Assembly (NCBI GenBank): GCA_034086705.1
Contig: JAXDZV010000022.1
Coordinates: 912-64,911 of the forward strand
Length of the DNA stretch: 64,000 bases
From: Eubacteriales bacterium
GTDB lineage: Bacteria; Bacillota; Clostridia; Oscillospirales; CAG-272
Direction: 5' to 3'
Shown: in pieces, positions 16,797 through 25,601 of the stretch
How positions within the stretch are numbered: position 1 is the stretch's first letter
Layout: the number at the start of each line of letters is the position of its first letter
The notes under the pieces: model-generated
Seen by the model: only the letters and a program-made list of their open reading frames with translations
What the model was told of the DNA's origin: nothing
Databases searched by the model: none
Made by a program: the position numbers and the translations under genes

Positions 16797-17579
16797 ATGA
16801 AAAAAGAAACAGAAAAACAATCTCCCAGTAATCTCTTCGAAGGTATGGTTTCTATCCGCGCAGTTCTGCAGGCGCAGGGCACCGCTTATAACAACCGGCG
16901 TATATTGCGCATTTTATATGCACAGGAAAACATTGCCCGCCGGCCGCGCGAATATCGGTTTTTGTGTACAATGGGAGAAAAGTATCGTTTCCCTGTTGCG
17001 CTCTGTACGCGTGCAGAAATTGACAGTCGTGCGCTGGGAACAACACATGCGGGAATTCTTGCGGAATGTTCGCAAAGAGATCTTCCCTGTTTTACAGCTC
17101 CAGATCGGCCTGACGGCTTTTATATGATGTTGGAAGGAATTGAAGATCCTTATAATTTTGGTTACGCTCTTCGGTCTTTATACGCTGCCGGCGTAGATGG
17201 CCTGATTGTACCTCCGCGCAATTGGATGACGGCCGCCGGTGTTGTTTGCAGGGCATCTGCCGGAACTTCAGAACTTTTACCAATGTATACGGTTTCCTCT
17301 GTGGAAGACAGCATCGCTGTATTTCGAAATGCCGGGTACCTGATCGCGGCAGCTGATGTTCAAAACGCTGAAAATGTCTATCATACAACACTGAAAAAAC
17401 CGCTGTATCTGATTGTGGGCGGTGAAAAACGAGGTATCAGCGCAGCGACATTGGGACAAGTTGACACAATCGTACGGTTGGTATATGGCAGAGACTGTGC
17501 AATTGCATTGTCCGCCGCTTCCGCCGCTTCCATTTTAGCTTTTGAGGTTTTACGGCAGAATAGAGATATACATTTCTGA
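16797..17579 (+). CDS. TrmH/SpoU-family RNA 2'-O-methyltransferase
   Basis: GIEDPYNFGYALRSLYAAGVDGLIV and LYLIVGGEKRGIS SPOUT motifs. The ATG at 16797 follows GGAG and lies downstream of the predicted promoter. Confidence 0.8.
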   Translation: MKKETEKQSPSNLFEGMVSIRAVLQAQGTAYNNRRILRILYAQENIARRPREYRFLCTMGEKYRFPVALCTRAEIDSRALGTTHAGILAECSQRDLPCFTAPDRPDGFYMMLEGIEDPYNFGYALRSLYAAGVDGLIVPPRNWMTAAGVVCRASAGTSELLPMYTVSSVEDSIAVFRNAGYLIAAADVQNAENVYHTTLKKPLYLIVGGEKRGISAATLGQVDTIVRLVYGRDCAIALSAASAASILAFEVLRQNRDIHF

Positions 17580-17593
17580 AAGGAGGACACATT

Positions 17594-18064
17594 GTGCTTA
17601 AGCCACATGTGATTCCCTATTTTTGGATTGCAGTATGCCTGCTTCTTATATGCACGGAGGCAATTCTTAGACGGCGCATTACAATCTGCTTTCTCCCGGG
17701 CACATGTGTTTGTCTTTTTTTGTCTTTTACAGATATCTCTTTCTGGAAGCAGGCAATTTGCTTTTTTGCAATTGCTTCGATTTTCCTTGTAGGATTTTGT
17801 CTCTCAAAACGCCGAAGACGGCATCGGCACATTGGAGCAAGAGCCGTTGTAACAGAGCGGATTCCCGCCAATGGTCGTGGTATTGTACGCATGTATGCCA
17901 AGCAATACACAGCGATCTGTGCTGCACCCGAAGAAAGCTTTGACGTGGGAGAAATTGTATTAGTGCAGGCAATTACCGCAAACGGTATTGCTATTTGTGG
18001 TACATACAGCAAAACTGTTCTGCACCTAAAACGCCGGTATAAGAAAAACAACCACCGCATATAA
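17594..18064 (+). CDS. NfeD-like membrane protein
   Basis: Two or three TM segments followed by a C-terminal OB-like segment (GRGIVRMYAKQYTAICAAPEESFDVGEIVLV). GTG start after AAAGGAGG. Confidence 0.6.
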   Translation: MLKPHVIPYFWIAVCLLLICTEAILRRRITICFLPGTCVCLFLSFTDISFWKQAICFFAIASIFLVGFCLSKRRRRHRHIGARAVVTERIPANGRGIVRMYAKQYTAICAAPEESFDVGEIVLVQAITANGIAICGTYSKTVLHLKRRYKKNNHRI

Positions 18065-18096
18065 TTTTTCGAAAATCAGATAAGGTGGTCGTATCT

Positions 18097-18624
18097 ATGC
18101 AGATCAGGCGCTGGGTCAAAAAGCAAATGTGCAGTGTTCGTTTAATGCTCCGAGAGGCAAATATATTTCTTCTTCTGCCTCTCGCCGGAATTGGTCCTAT
18201 TGTAATTTTAATCAGTGGTATTTTGTGTGCCAAAAACGGATATAGCTACTATATTTGCCGCCCGGCATATATGCTTCCCTGGCCGCTGCTTTTGCTCTGC
18301 AGTGCGGCGTTTTCATTGTTTACAGGAACTTTTCTCGGCGCTCAACGTACCCATGGGAATTCCATGCGGAAGCTCTGCATGTATCGGGTGTATTTGTTGT
18401 GGATTCTGAAGCTGGTTTTTGTATTGGTTACGGCACCGCTTGTTTTATGTTTCTATCTTCCCTTTTTTGCAATTTTGAGTGTGTGTATGATCGGCTTTTT
18501 GCATGCTTTAATTTGGTATGAAATGAAAGATATTTTTGCCTGTCCCCCTTGGATTATTGTCTGTCTGCTGTGCTGGATTTTTTATTTATTTCTTTGCATT
18601 CTTGGAATCACAATTTTGAATTAA
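18097..18624 (+). CDS. hypothetical polytopic membrane protein
   Basis: Four or five hydrophobic segments. ATG at 18097 sits 8 nt after AAGGTGG. Confidence 0.55.
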   Translation: MQIRRWVKKQMCSVRLMLREANIFLLLPLAGIGPIVILISGILCAKNGYSYYICRPAYMLPWPLLLLCSAAFSLFTGTFLGAQRTHGNSMRKLCMYRVYLLWILKLVFVLVTAPLVLCFYLPFFAILSVCMIGFLHALIWYEMKDIFACPPWIIVCLLCWIFYLFLCILGITILN

Positions 18625-18711
18625 CAAAATAACGATTGACAAATGATAAAAAAAACCTTATACTCATATCTGTAAATTTATATGTTCTGAAAGGGTTGGG
18701 AGGAACAAAAA

Positions 18712-19182
18712 ATGCAAAAAATTAAAATTCTTGCGCTTTTAACAGCAGCTTTTCTGATGCTGGGGTGCTTTGTAGGATGCAGCAATGGACCTGAAGAGGA
18801 AACCGGGGCGCAAATTTCCGTGCATCTAACGATCACCGGCGGCTACGATGAAGAGTCCGAAGAAGAAATCTTCGACGATGACGTCATAACGACAACAACC
18901 AACGTATACAGCCTTGTGAAAGAAATTTGCACAGCAATGAATATCGCATACAGTGATGACGGTAATTACACCTACACATCTTTTGCAAGTTACCCGGAAA
19001 TGGAAGACGAAGGGCTTTCATATTTTTGGAATTTTACGGTTAATGGCAGTGAGCGCCGTGGCAATTCTCATGATGTAGCTCTCAAAGAAGGAGATACTGT
19101 TGTGTACTTCATTGACTCTTTTGAAGTAAAGCAAACCGGTGATACCGACGATCTACTCGACAGCGACTCTGTCGACGCTTAA
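18712..19182 (+). CDS. DUF4430-like lipoprotein
   Basis: Lipobox LMLGCFVG-C-SN. The C-terminal WNFTVNGSERRGNSHDVALKEGDTVVYF resembles the DUF4430 (transcobalamin-like) signature as I recall it. Confidence 0.65.
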   Translation: MQKIKILALLTAAFLMLGCFVGCSNGPEEETGAQISVHLTITGGYDEESEEEIFDDDVITTTTNVYSLVKEICTAMNIAYSDDGNYTYTSFASYPEMEDEGLSYFWNFTVNGSERRGNSHDVALKEGDTVVYFIDSFEVKQTGDTDDLLDSDSVDA

Positions 19183-19198
19183 ATTTCTCTATCCTTAC

Positions 19199-19235
19199 AA
19201 ATTCCCGCGGATAACGGTATCCGCGGGAATTTTTT
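19199..19235 (+). terminator. intrinsic terminator
   Basis: ATTCCCGCGGATA / TATCCGCGGGAAT stem followed by T5. Confidence 0.85.
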
Positions 19236-19295
19236 ATGCATAAGATAACCTTCCTTTTCATATGCATATGGTAAAAAAGTTGAGGAGAGATTCGG

Positions 19296-20435
19296 ATGAA
19301 ACGCAAAGCTTTGCTCTTGTGGCTATGTATAGCCGTGGTGTTGACCGCGCTTCCTGTGCGGGCCGCGGAATATCAGGAGAATTCAGACGCAACATCCCTT
19401 TTACTGATGGAGGCATCCAGCGGGACAGTATTGTATGAGAAAAACGCAGACGAAGCGCTTCCTCCTGCTTCTGTTACAAAAATCATGACTGTTCTTTTGG
19501 TACTGGAGGCGATTGACGCAGGCAAGGTCAAATTAGACGATACAGTTACAGTCAGCGCATACGCAGCCAGCATGGGCGGCTCACAGGTATATTTGAAAGA
19601 AGGAGAAGTAATGCGCGTTGAGGATTTGCTCAAAAGTGTCATTATCGCATCTGCCAACGATGCGGCCGTTGCGCTGGCAGAGCATATTCTCGGCTCGGAA
19701 GAGGCTTTTGTTGCACGTATGAATGAACGCGCACAGGAACTCGGCATGGCACATACAACCTTTATGAATACCAACGGACTTGATGACAGCGATCAAGGTC
19801 ATCTAACCAGCGCAAGAGATATTGCAATTATGACACGCGAAACACTCCGTCATCCCCTTATTTTTCAATATACAACCATTTGGATGGATACCATACGAGA
19901 CGGTGCCTTCGGTCTGACAAATACCAATCGGCTGATCCGCTTTTATAAAGGTGCAAACGGATTAAAAACCGGGTCAACAGCGAAAGCTGGGTTTTGTATC
20001 AGTGCTACAGCAAAGCGGGAAAATATGCAACTAATCGCGGTTGTAATGGGGAGCAGCAGTCGTGATAACCGAAATGCGGCTGCAGCATCCATGCTGGATT
20101 TTGGATTCGCAAATTACGCCGTTGCTTCTTTTGATGGAACAACAATTACGGATATTCCAATCTGTGCAGGCACCAGTGCAACCGTCTGTGGAAGCTATGA
20201 ATCTTTTTCAGCACTGGTAGAGAAAGGTAAAGAAAAAGAGGTAGAAATGCAAATCACATATCAACCGGAGCTTTGTGCACCGATTCACATCGGTGATACC
20301 ATTGGCTGTGTACGGTATTTACTCGCAGAAGAGGAAATTGGATCCGTTCCGATTATTGCAACGCAGGAAATTCCCAAAATCGGATATCTACACATCCTGA
20401 CCGAACTACTGCGAGGTATGCTGCTCTTTTCTTAA
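19296..20435 (+). CDS. D-alanyl-D-alanine carboxypeptidase (PBP5/DacB/DacF type)
   Basis: Signal peptide, SxxK (ASVTKIMT), SxN (SANDAA) and KTG (LKTGST) motifs, and a C-terminal PBP5 domain. Confidence 0.88.
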   Translation: MKRKALLLWLCIAVVLTALPVRAAEYQENSDATSLLLMEASSGTVLYEKNADEALPPASVTKIMTVLLVLEAIDAGKVKLDDTVTVSAYAASMGGSQVYLKEGEVMRVEDLLKSVIIASANDAAVALAEHILGSEEAFVARMNERAQELGMAHTTFMNTNGLDDSDQGHLTSARDIAIMTRETLRHPLIFQYTTIWMDTIRDGAFGLTNTNRLIRFYKGANGLKTGSTAKAGFCISATAKRENMQLIAVVMGSSSRDNRNAAAASMLDFGFANYAVASFDGTTITDIPICAGTSATVCGSYESFSALVEKGKEKEVEMQITYQPELCAPIHIGDTIGCVRYLLAEEEIGSVPIIATQEIPKIGYLHILTELLRGMLLFS

Positions 20436-20575
20436 CTTCATAAAATATTCATGGAAGGTTCATACCATATTATTGTAATCAACAGGAAAAAAAGTAAAAT
20501 AGTATGAGTGTGTTATTACGTTGTTGCATATAAAGTTAGAAACATCTTGGATTTCGCGAAAGAAAGGATATAAAA

Positions 20576-21919
20576 ATGGCAGTAACACTGAATGACAAAC
20601 ATTTACAAAAATTTATTGCAGAGGATGAAATGGTCGGCATGGCGGGTATGGTTGCCGCTGCACATTCCGATATTTCCGAGAAAAAGGGATTGGGGTCCGA
20701 TTATTTAGGTTGGGTAGATTTACCTGTGACGTATGATCGGGAAGAATTTGCACGCATTTTGGCCGCGGCAGAAAAAATTCGCCGTAGCTGCGATGTTTTG
20801 ATCGTAATCGGAATTGGCGGATCTTATCTCGGAGCACGAGCCGCAATCGAATTTGTAAAGTCTCCGATGTACAATCAATTGTCAAAAGACACACCAGATA
20901 TTTACTTTGCCGGAAACAATATCAGCGCACAAGCCGTTTCTGATTTACTCCAGATATGTCAGGATAAAGACGTTTGCCTGAATGTTATTTCTAAATCCGG
21001 TACGACAACGGAGCCTGCCGTTGCTTTCCGAATTTTCCGTGATTTTCTGACTCATAAATATGGCCCGGATGCTGTGCGTGACCGTGTATATATCACAACC
21101 GACCGCTCTCGCGGCACTCTGAAGCAATTTGCCGATGCGGCAGGCTGCGAGACTTTTGTGGTACCAGATGACTGCGGTGGCAGATATTCCGTTCTGACGG
21201 CAGTGGGCTTACTGCCGATCGCAGTTGCAGGCATTGATATTGCAGCCATTATGCAGGGCGCTGCGGATGCAAGAGAACGTTATTTAAATCTCCCATTGGA
21301 GCAAAATGACTGCTATCGCTATGCAGCTTATCGGAACATATTGCACAACAAAGGAAAGAAAGCTGAAATCTTGGTAGGATATGAGCCTCGCCTGCTGCTG
21401 TTTAATGAGTGGTGGAAGCAATTATACGGCGAGAGCGAAGGAAAAGACAACAAGGGAATTTTACCTACATCCGTTATCTTCACGACAGATTTACATTCCA
21501 TGGGGCAGTATATCCAGCAAGGTGAACGTTTCATTTTTGAAACAGTTCTCAATCTGAAAGACACTGGCGTTGAAGTTTCCATTCCCAAGGATACAGACAA
21601 TGTGGATGGGTTGGACTTTTTAACCGGAAAAACTCTTAACTATGTCAATTCTATGGCTTTTAAAGGTGCAGTACTTGCGCATGTAGACGGCGATGTGCCG
21701 AATATGATTTTGGACATTGACACTGCCACAGCCTATGATTTTGGGTATCTTGTTTACTTCTTTGAGTTGGCATGCGGTATTTCCGGACATTTGCTCGGGG
21801 TGAATGCATTCAATCAGCCCGGTGTGGAAGCCTACAAAAAGAACATGTTTGCTTTGCTTGGAAAACCCGGGTATGAGCAGCGCCGTGCAGAATTGGATGA
21901 GGCACTCCGTTCTTTTTAA
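20576..21919 (+). CDS. pgi: glucose-6-phosphate isomerase
   Basis: About 447 aa, Firmicute-type PGI: [30 protein letters not shown]. Confidence 0.92.
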   Translation: MAVTLNDKHLQKFIAEDEMVGMAGMVAAAHSDISEKKGLGSDYLGWVDLPVTYDREEFARILAAAEKIRRSCDVLIVIGIGGSYLGARAAIEFVKSPMYNQLSKDTPDIYFAGNNISAQAVSDLLQICQDKDVCLNVISKSGTTTEPAVAFRIFRDFLTHKYGPDAVRDRVYITTDRSRGTLKQFADAAGCETFVVPDDCGGRYSVLTAVGLLPIAVAGIDIAAIMQGAADARERYLNLPLEQNDCYRYAAYRNILHNKGKKAEILVGYEPRLLLFNEWWKQLYGESEGKDNKGILPTSVIFTTDLHSMGQYIQQGERFIFETVLNLKDTGVEVSIPKDTDNVDGLDFLTGKTLNYVNSMAFKGAVLAHVDGDVPNMILDIDTATAYDFGYLVYFFELACGISGHLLGVNAFNQPGVEAYKKNMFALLGKPGYEQRRAELDEALRSF

Positions 21920-21954
21920 TTAAAATAATAAAAGCTGATAAAGCGACCGAAAAA

Positions 21955-21995
21955 CTGGTCAGCAGCAACCGGAGAACCGCTGCTGACCGGTTTTT
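21955..21995 (+). terminator. intrinsic terminator of pgi
   Basis: CTGGTCAGCAGC / GCTGCTGACCGG stem followed by T5. Confidence 0.8.
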
Positions 21996-22139
21996 GATGA
22001 TTTTTCACAAAATCGCAACTGCAAGGTCTTGCTTTTTGTGCGGGATTGTTATATACTAATGGTGCAGACAGAGGTTGGTCGTATGTCGCAAGCACCTTCC
22101 CTTTATAATATTCCAAACGGCCAAGGAATGGAGATAAAC

Positions 22140-22547
22140 ATGTTGAAATTGATTGTCGGAGTAAAAGGAACCGGAAAGACCAAGGAAATCGTTTCTCTTG
22201 CAAATGCCGCAGCCAACGAATCCAAGGGATGTGTCGTCTTTTTGGAACAGGGGAACAAACTTCGTTTTGACGTAACACATAAAGTACGTTTAGTTGATAC
22301 ATGTGAATTCGGTATTACGGATGGACAATCCTTATACGGCTTTGTCGCCGGGATATATGCGAGCAATCATGATATCACAGATATCTTTATCGACTCTGCG
22401 CTGAAAATTTGTCAAAACAGTATGGACGAGTTTATTCTTGCAGTGAAGGAACTGGATGCATTCGTTTCCAAGTATCCGGTGAATTGTGTAATGACTTCTT
22501 CTATTCCTGTTGAAGACGTTCGGGAGGAACTCAAAGCATATATTTAA
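22140..22547 (+). CDS. small P-loop (Walker A) protein of unknown function
   Basis: MLKLIVGVKGTGKTKEIV..., with DIFIDS as a possible Walker B. ATG at 22140 sits 6 nt after GGAG. 135 aa. Confidence 0.6.
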   Translation: MLKLIVGVKGTGKTKEIVSLANAAANESKGCVVFLEQGNKLRFDVTHKVRLVDTCEFGITDGQSLYGFVAGIYASNHDITDIFIDSALKICQNSMDEFILAVKELDAFVSKYPVNCVMTSSIPVEDVREELKAYI

Positions 22548-22572
22548 TGCATCCCTCGTTTTATGTTTTTTT

Positions 22573-22609
22573 GCACCGCAGTTGCCATGGCAACTGCGGC
22601 TGCTTTTTT
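22573..22609 (+). terminator. intrinsic terminator
   Basis: CCGCAGTTG / CAACTGCGG stem followed by a T-run. Confidence 0.8.
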
Positions 22610-22638
22610 ATATTGCAAAGCTTCCGGTTTTATGTGTG

Positions 22639-22665
22639 ACGCATTTTTCCTGTTAGCATAAAATA
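22639..22665 (+). promoter_or_regulatory. candidate sigma-K-type (late mother-cell) promoter
   Basis: AC (22639..22640), 16 nt, then CATAAAATA (22657..22665). This fits AC-N16/17-CATAnnnTA and lies about 70 nt upstream of the Cys-rich ORF. Confidence 0.35.
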
Positions 22666-22736
22666 GTACAGAAGGTATTGATACCAAAATGAGTTCATGC
22701 CTTTGTTATTCCATCATTTGAAGGAGGAAAAGGTCC

Positions 22737-23555
22737 ATGGCAGACGGAAGACCCTGCTGCCCTTCGCAAGAGCAGGTTTATATCGATACAAATCGCATCA
22801 TGGATAGTTGCCGGGATAAGGACTGCTATGAAGATGTTCGTGTATATTTAACTGATTTCGGTCAGGAAATTATTGAGCAAACCGGCTCTGTTCGCGCAAA
22901 ATCAGCTAGTGTAGTAGGTACCAACATTAATGTCGTTCCTTTAGCATTTAATAAAGGCTTTTATCAGGTCAACATCCGTATGTACATTCGATGCGTATGT
23001 GAAGCGTGTGTTTGCGCTGGTAGACCGCAAGAAGTTGAAGGATTGGCTATTGTTGATAAAAGCGTTATTTTATTTGGCAGCGAAGGCAGTGTCAAAATGT
23101 TTCGCAGTAATCCTATGTGTACGGATTTTTGCTCGTCGAATCCGCACGATACCACGTCCGGCAGCAATTTACCAGTTGCTGTATTAGAAGTTGTAGACCC
23201 AGTCGTTCTTTCGTGCAAAATTGAAGAGCGAGCAAAATGTCGCTGCTGCCGTTGCTGCTGCGGAGACGTGCCGACACCGATTCTGAATTCTTTGAACGGA
23301 AACCTCTGCCAAGCAGATGAACCACAGCGTTTCCTGGTATTGACGCTGGGATTTTTCTCTGTTGTTCGGATCGAACGTCCCGGGCAATTTTTAGTCCATG
23401 CATCTGAATATGCTGTGCCTGAAAAAGAATGTACCATGGTCGATGATGATGATCCCTGCTCCGCATTTCGTAAAATGAGTTTCCCAACGGAGCAATTCGC
23501 ACCACCGGCGTTAGAAGGTACGCAGCGTCGATGCGGATGCGGAAAAAATAACTAA
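22737..23555 (+). CDS. cysteine-rich protein (22 Cys in 272 aa), candidate spore coat/outer-layer protein
   Basis: Strong SD (GAAGGAGGA). Cys clusters PCCP, CVCEACVC, KCRCCRCCCG and a C-terminal CGCG. Own terminator. Function unknown. Confidence 0.7.
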   Translation: MADGRPCCPSQEQVYIDTNRIMDSCRDKDCYEDVRVYLTDFGQEIIEQTGSVRAKSASVVGTNINVVPLAFNKGFYQVNIRMYIRCVCEACVCAGRPQEVEGLAIVDKSVILFGSEGSVKMFRSNPMCTDFCSSNPHDTTSGSNLPVAVLEVVDPVVLSCKIEERAKCRCCRCCCGDVPTPILNSLNGNLCQADEPQRFLVLTLGFFSVVRIERPGQFLVHASEYAVPEKECTMVDDDDPCSAFRKMSFPTEQFAPPALEGTQRRCGCGKNN

Positions 23556-23604
23556 AAAGTATAAGTAGTATTCCGTACGCATCCTGGATGTATTTGTAAA
23601 TAAA

Positions 23605-23640
23605 ACTGCGGGCGCTAATAAACAGCGCTCGCAGTTTTTA
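23605..23640 (+). terminator. intrinsic terminator
   Basis: ACTGCGGGCGCT / AGCGCTCGCAGT stem followed by TTTT. Confidence 0.8.
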
Positions 23641-23724
23641 CGTAGTTAATGGCCGTTGCACAGCCGAAGAAAAAATGGTATACTGAAATGAGAATACAAC
23701 ATTAATGAAAAAGGATGCAAAAAG

Positions 23725-24420
23725 ATGCATATGCAAGAAAAAGACACCATTACCATTTCACCGGTTGCATATATACAAACTGATTTAAAAGACAATTTTG
23801 CAGTGCCTCGGCAGAGCCGCCTGTGCCCTGCTCTATGCGGAAAAATCCACTTTACAAAGCCATATGCGCGTTATGAAGCTGTCAGAGAGCTGGAAGGCTT
23901 TTCTCATATCTGGTTGTTGTTTGGTTTTTCAAAGCATCACAACACAAATACCGGTTTAACCGTCAGGCCGCCGCGATTGGGCGGAAATCAACGTGTCGGG
24001 GTATTTGCATCGCGCGCACCGTTTCGTCCGAACAGGCTCGGTCTTTCTTGCGTGGAACTGCTGCAATTGGAATATGACGAAAACGGATGCCCTTCCCTTT
24101 TAGTAGGAGGTGTTGATCTTGCAGATGAAACCCCAATTTATGATATCAAACCGTATCTGCCCCTAACAGACAGCGTTCCATACGCGCGTGAAGGCTATAC
24201 AAAACAGACAAAGATGCACCATCTAAATGTTATTTGCCCACCTGCATTGTTAATATGCTTCTCCGAAAAGCAGCGTAAAGCTTTGCTTGAATGTCTGCAA
24301 CAGGATCCCCGACCAGGTTATAGCCATAATAGTGACAAGCGTTTTGGATTTTCCTATGCCGGACATGAAATTACCTTTACCGTAACACAGAATACGCTGA
24401 CGGTTGAAGAAATTCACTGA
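23725..24420 (+). CDS. trmO: tRNA (m6t6A37) methyltransferase TrmO (YaeB/TsaA family)
   Basis: GFSHIWLLF...RVGVFASRAPFRPNRLGLSCVEL...TPIYDIKPY motifs. Confidence 0.85.
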   Translation: MHMQEKDTITISPVAYIQTDLKDNFAVPRQSRLCPALCGKIHFTKPYARYEAVRELEGFSHIWLLFGFSKHHNTNTGLTVRPPRLGGNQRVGVFASRAPFRPNRLGLSCVELLQLEYDENGCPSLLVGGVDLADETPIYDIKPYLPLTDSVPYAREGYTKQTKMHHLNVICPPALLICFSEKQRKALLECLQQDPRPGYSHNSDKRFGFSYAGHEITFTVTQNTLTVEEIH

Positions 24421-24449
24421 AAACCAACGTGTATCTTCTGCTATTTTCG

Positions 24450-25589
24450 CTACGCATGTGATGGTCTTTGCGAAAGCAAAGTACGGTATTGACAGTAAAA
24501 TGACTCATATCGATTTTCGTCCAAAGCTAAACGGATTTGCGCCATTAAATCATTGTAAAAATATAGATTGTGCAACACAGCAAGCCGCATACCGAGCATT
24601 TCCTGCGCTTTAAGTAAATGCCGGATATACGCACGGGAGTGATAGCGACACGCAGGACAGGCACACTTATCTGAGATAGGGCGGGAATCTTTTGCAAATT
24701 TTTGATTGAGGATATTCATGGTACCATCCCACGTAAAAAGATATCCGTGGCGAGCATTGCGGCTTGGCATAACACAATCAAAAAAGTCAATGCCTCGATA
24801 AACTGCTTCGAGAATGTTGCTCGGAGTTCCAACTCCCATTAAATATCTGGGCTTGTCTTGTGGCATATACGGCTCAACCTGCTCGATAATGTGATACATC
24901 ACCTCCGTTGGTTCGCCGACGGCGAGTCCGCCGATTGCAAAGCCGTCCAAGGGCAATTCTCGTATTTGCTTCATATGCTCGATTCGTAGATCATCAAAGG
25001 TACATCCCTGATTTATTCCAAAAAGCATTTGCCGGGGATTCAGTGTCTGTGAATCGGCATTGAGCCGAGCATGCTCTGCAATGCAACGCTTCAACCACCG
25101 CGTCGTACGTTCACAGGATTCTTTTGCATACTGATGTGTTGCCGGATTTTCCACGCATTCATCAAATGCCATAGCAATGGTGGAAGCAAGATTTGACTGA
25201 ATGCGCATACTTTCCTCGGGCCCCATAAAAATGCGTTTGCCGTCAATATGAGAATGAAAGGTAACCCCTTGTTCTTGAATATGACGCAGTTTCGCCAGCG
25301 AAAACACTTGAAACCCGCCTGAATCCGTTAAAACCGGACGATCCCAATGTATGAATGATTGTATTCCGCCCAACGTATAAACGACCTCATCGGAAGGCCT
25401 CACATGTAAATGATAGGTGTTGCAAAGGGCAACTTGACAACCAACGGTTAATAAATCTTCTGCTGAAATTCCCCCGCGAATTGCACCGCAGGTTGCAACA
25501 TTCATGAAAACTGGCGTCTGTATTACGCCGTGCGGCGTTTGAAAACTTCCGCGTCGCGCAGCCCCCTGCCGTTTTTGTAAGGTAAACAT
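24450..25589 (-). CDS. tgt: tRNA-guanine transglycosylase (queuine tRNA-ribosyltransferase)
   Basis: GVIQTPVFMNVAT..., LTDSGGFQVFSL, and zinc site CxCxxC...H (CACPACRYHSRAYIRHL). Confidence 0.93.
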   Translation of the reverse strand: MFTLQKRQGAARRGSFQTPHGVIQTPVFMNVATCGAIRGGISAEDLLTVGCQVALCNTYHLHVRPSDEVVYTLGGIQSFIHWDRPVLTDSGGFQVFSLAKLRHIQEQGVTFHSHIDGKRIFMGPEESMRIQSNLASTIAMAFDECVENPATHQYAKESCERTTRWLKRCIAEHARLNADSQTLNPRQMLFGINQGCTFDDLRIEHMKQIRELPLDGFAIGGLAVGEPTEVMYHIIEQVEPYMPQDKPRYLMGVGTPSNILEAVYRGIDFFDCVMPSRNARHGYLFTWDGTMNILNQKFAKDSRPISDKCACPACRYHSRAYIRHLLKAQEMLGMRLAVLHNLYFYNDLMAQIRLALDENRYESFYCQYRTLLSQRPSHA

Positions 25590-25601
25590 GTTGTATCCTT
25601 T

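Noticed and set aside
19236-19295. Sigma-K/E-like -10 elements (CATAAGATA, CATATGGTA) upstream of the DD-carboxypeptidase gene.
   Set aside because: The two candidates overlap, and the -35 'AC' spacing is off by one or absent. The evidence is too ambiguous to call a compartment-specific promoter from sequence alone.
21916-22302. 128-aa minus-strand ORF overlapping the pgi terminator and the P-loop gene.
   Set aside because: It crosses an intrinsic terminator and a promoter, and it is antisense to a better-supported ORF.
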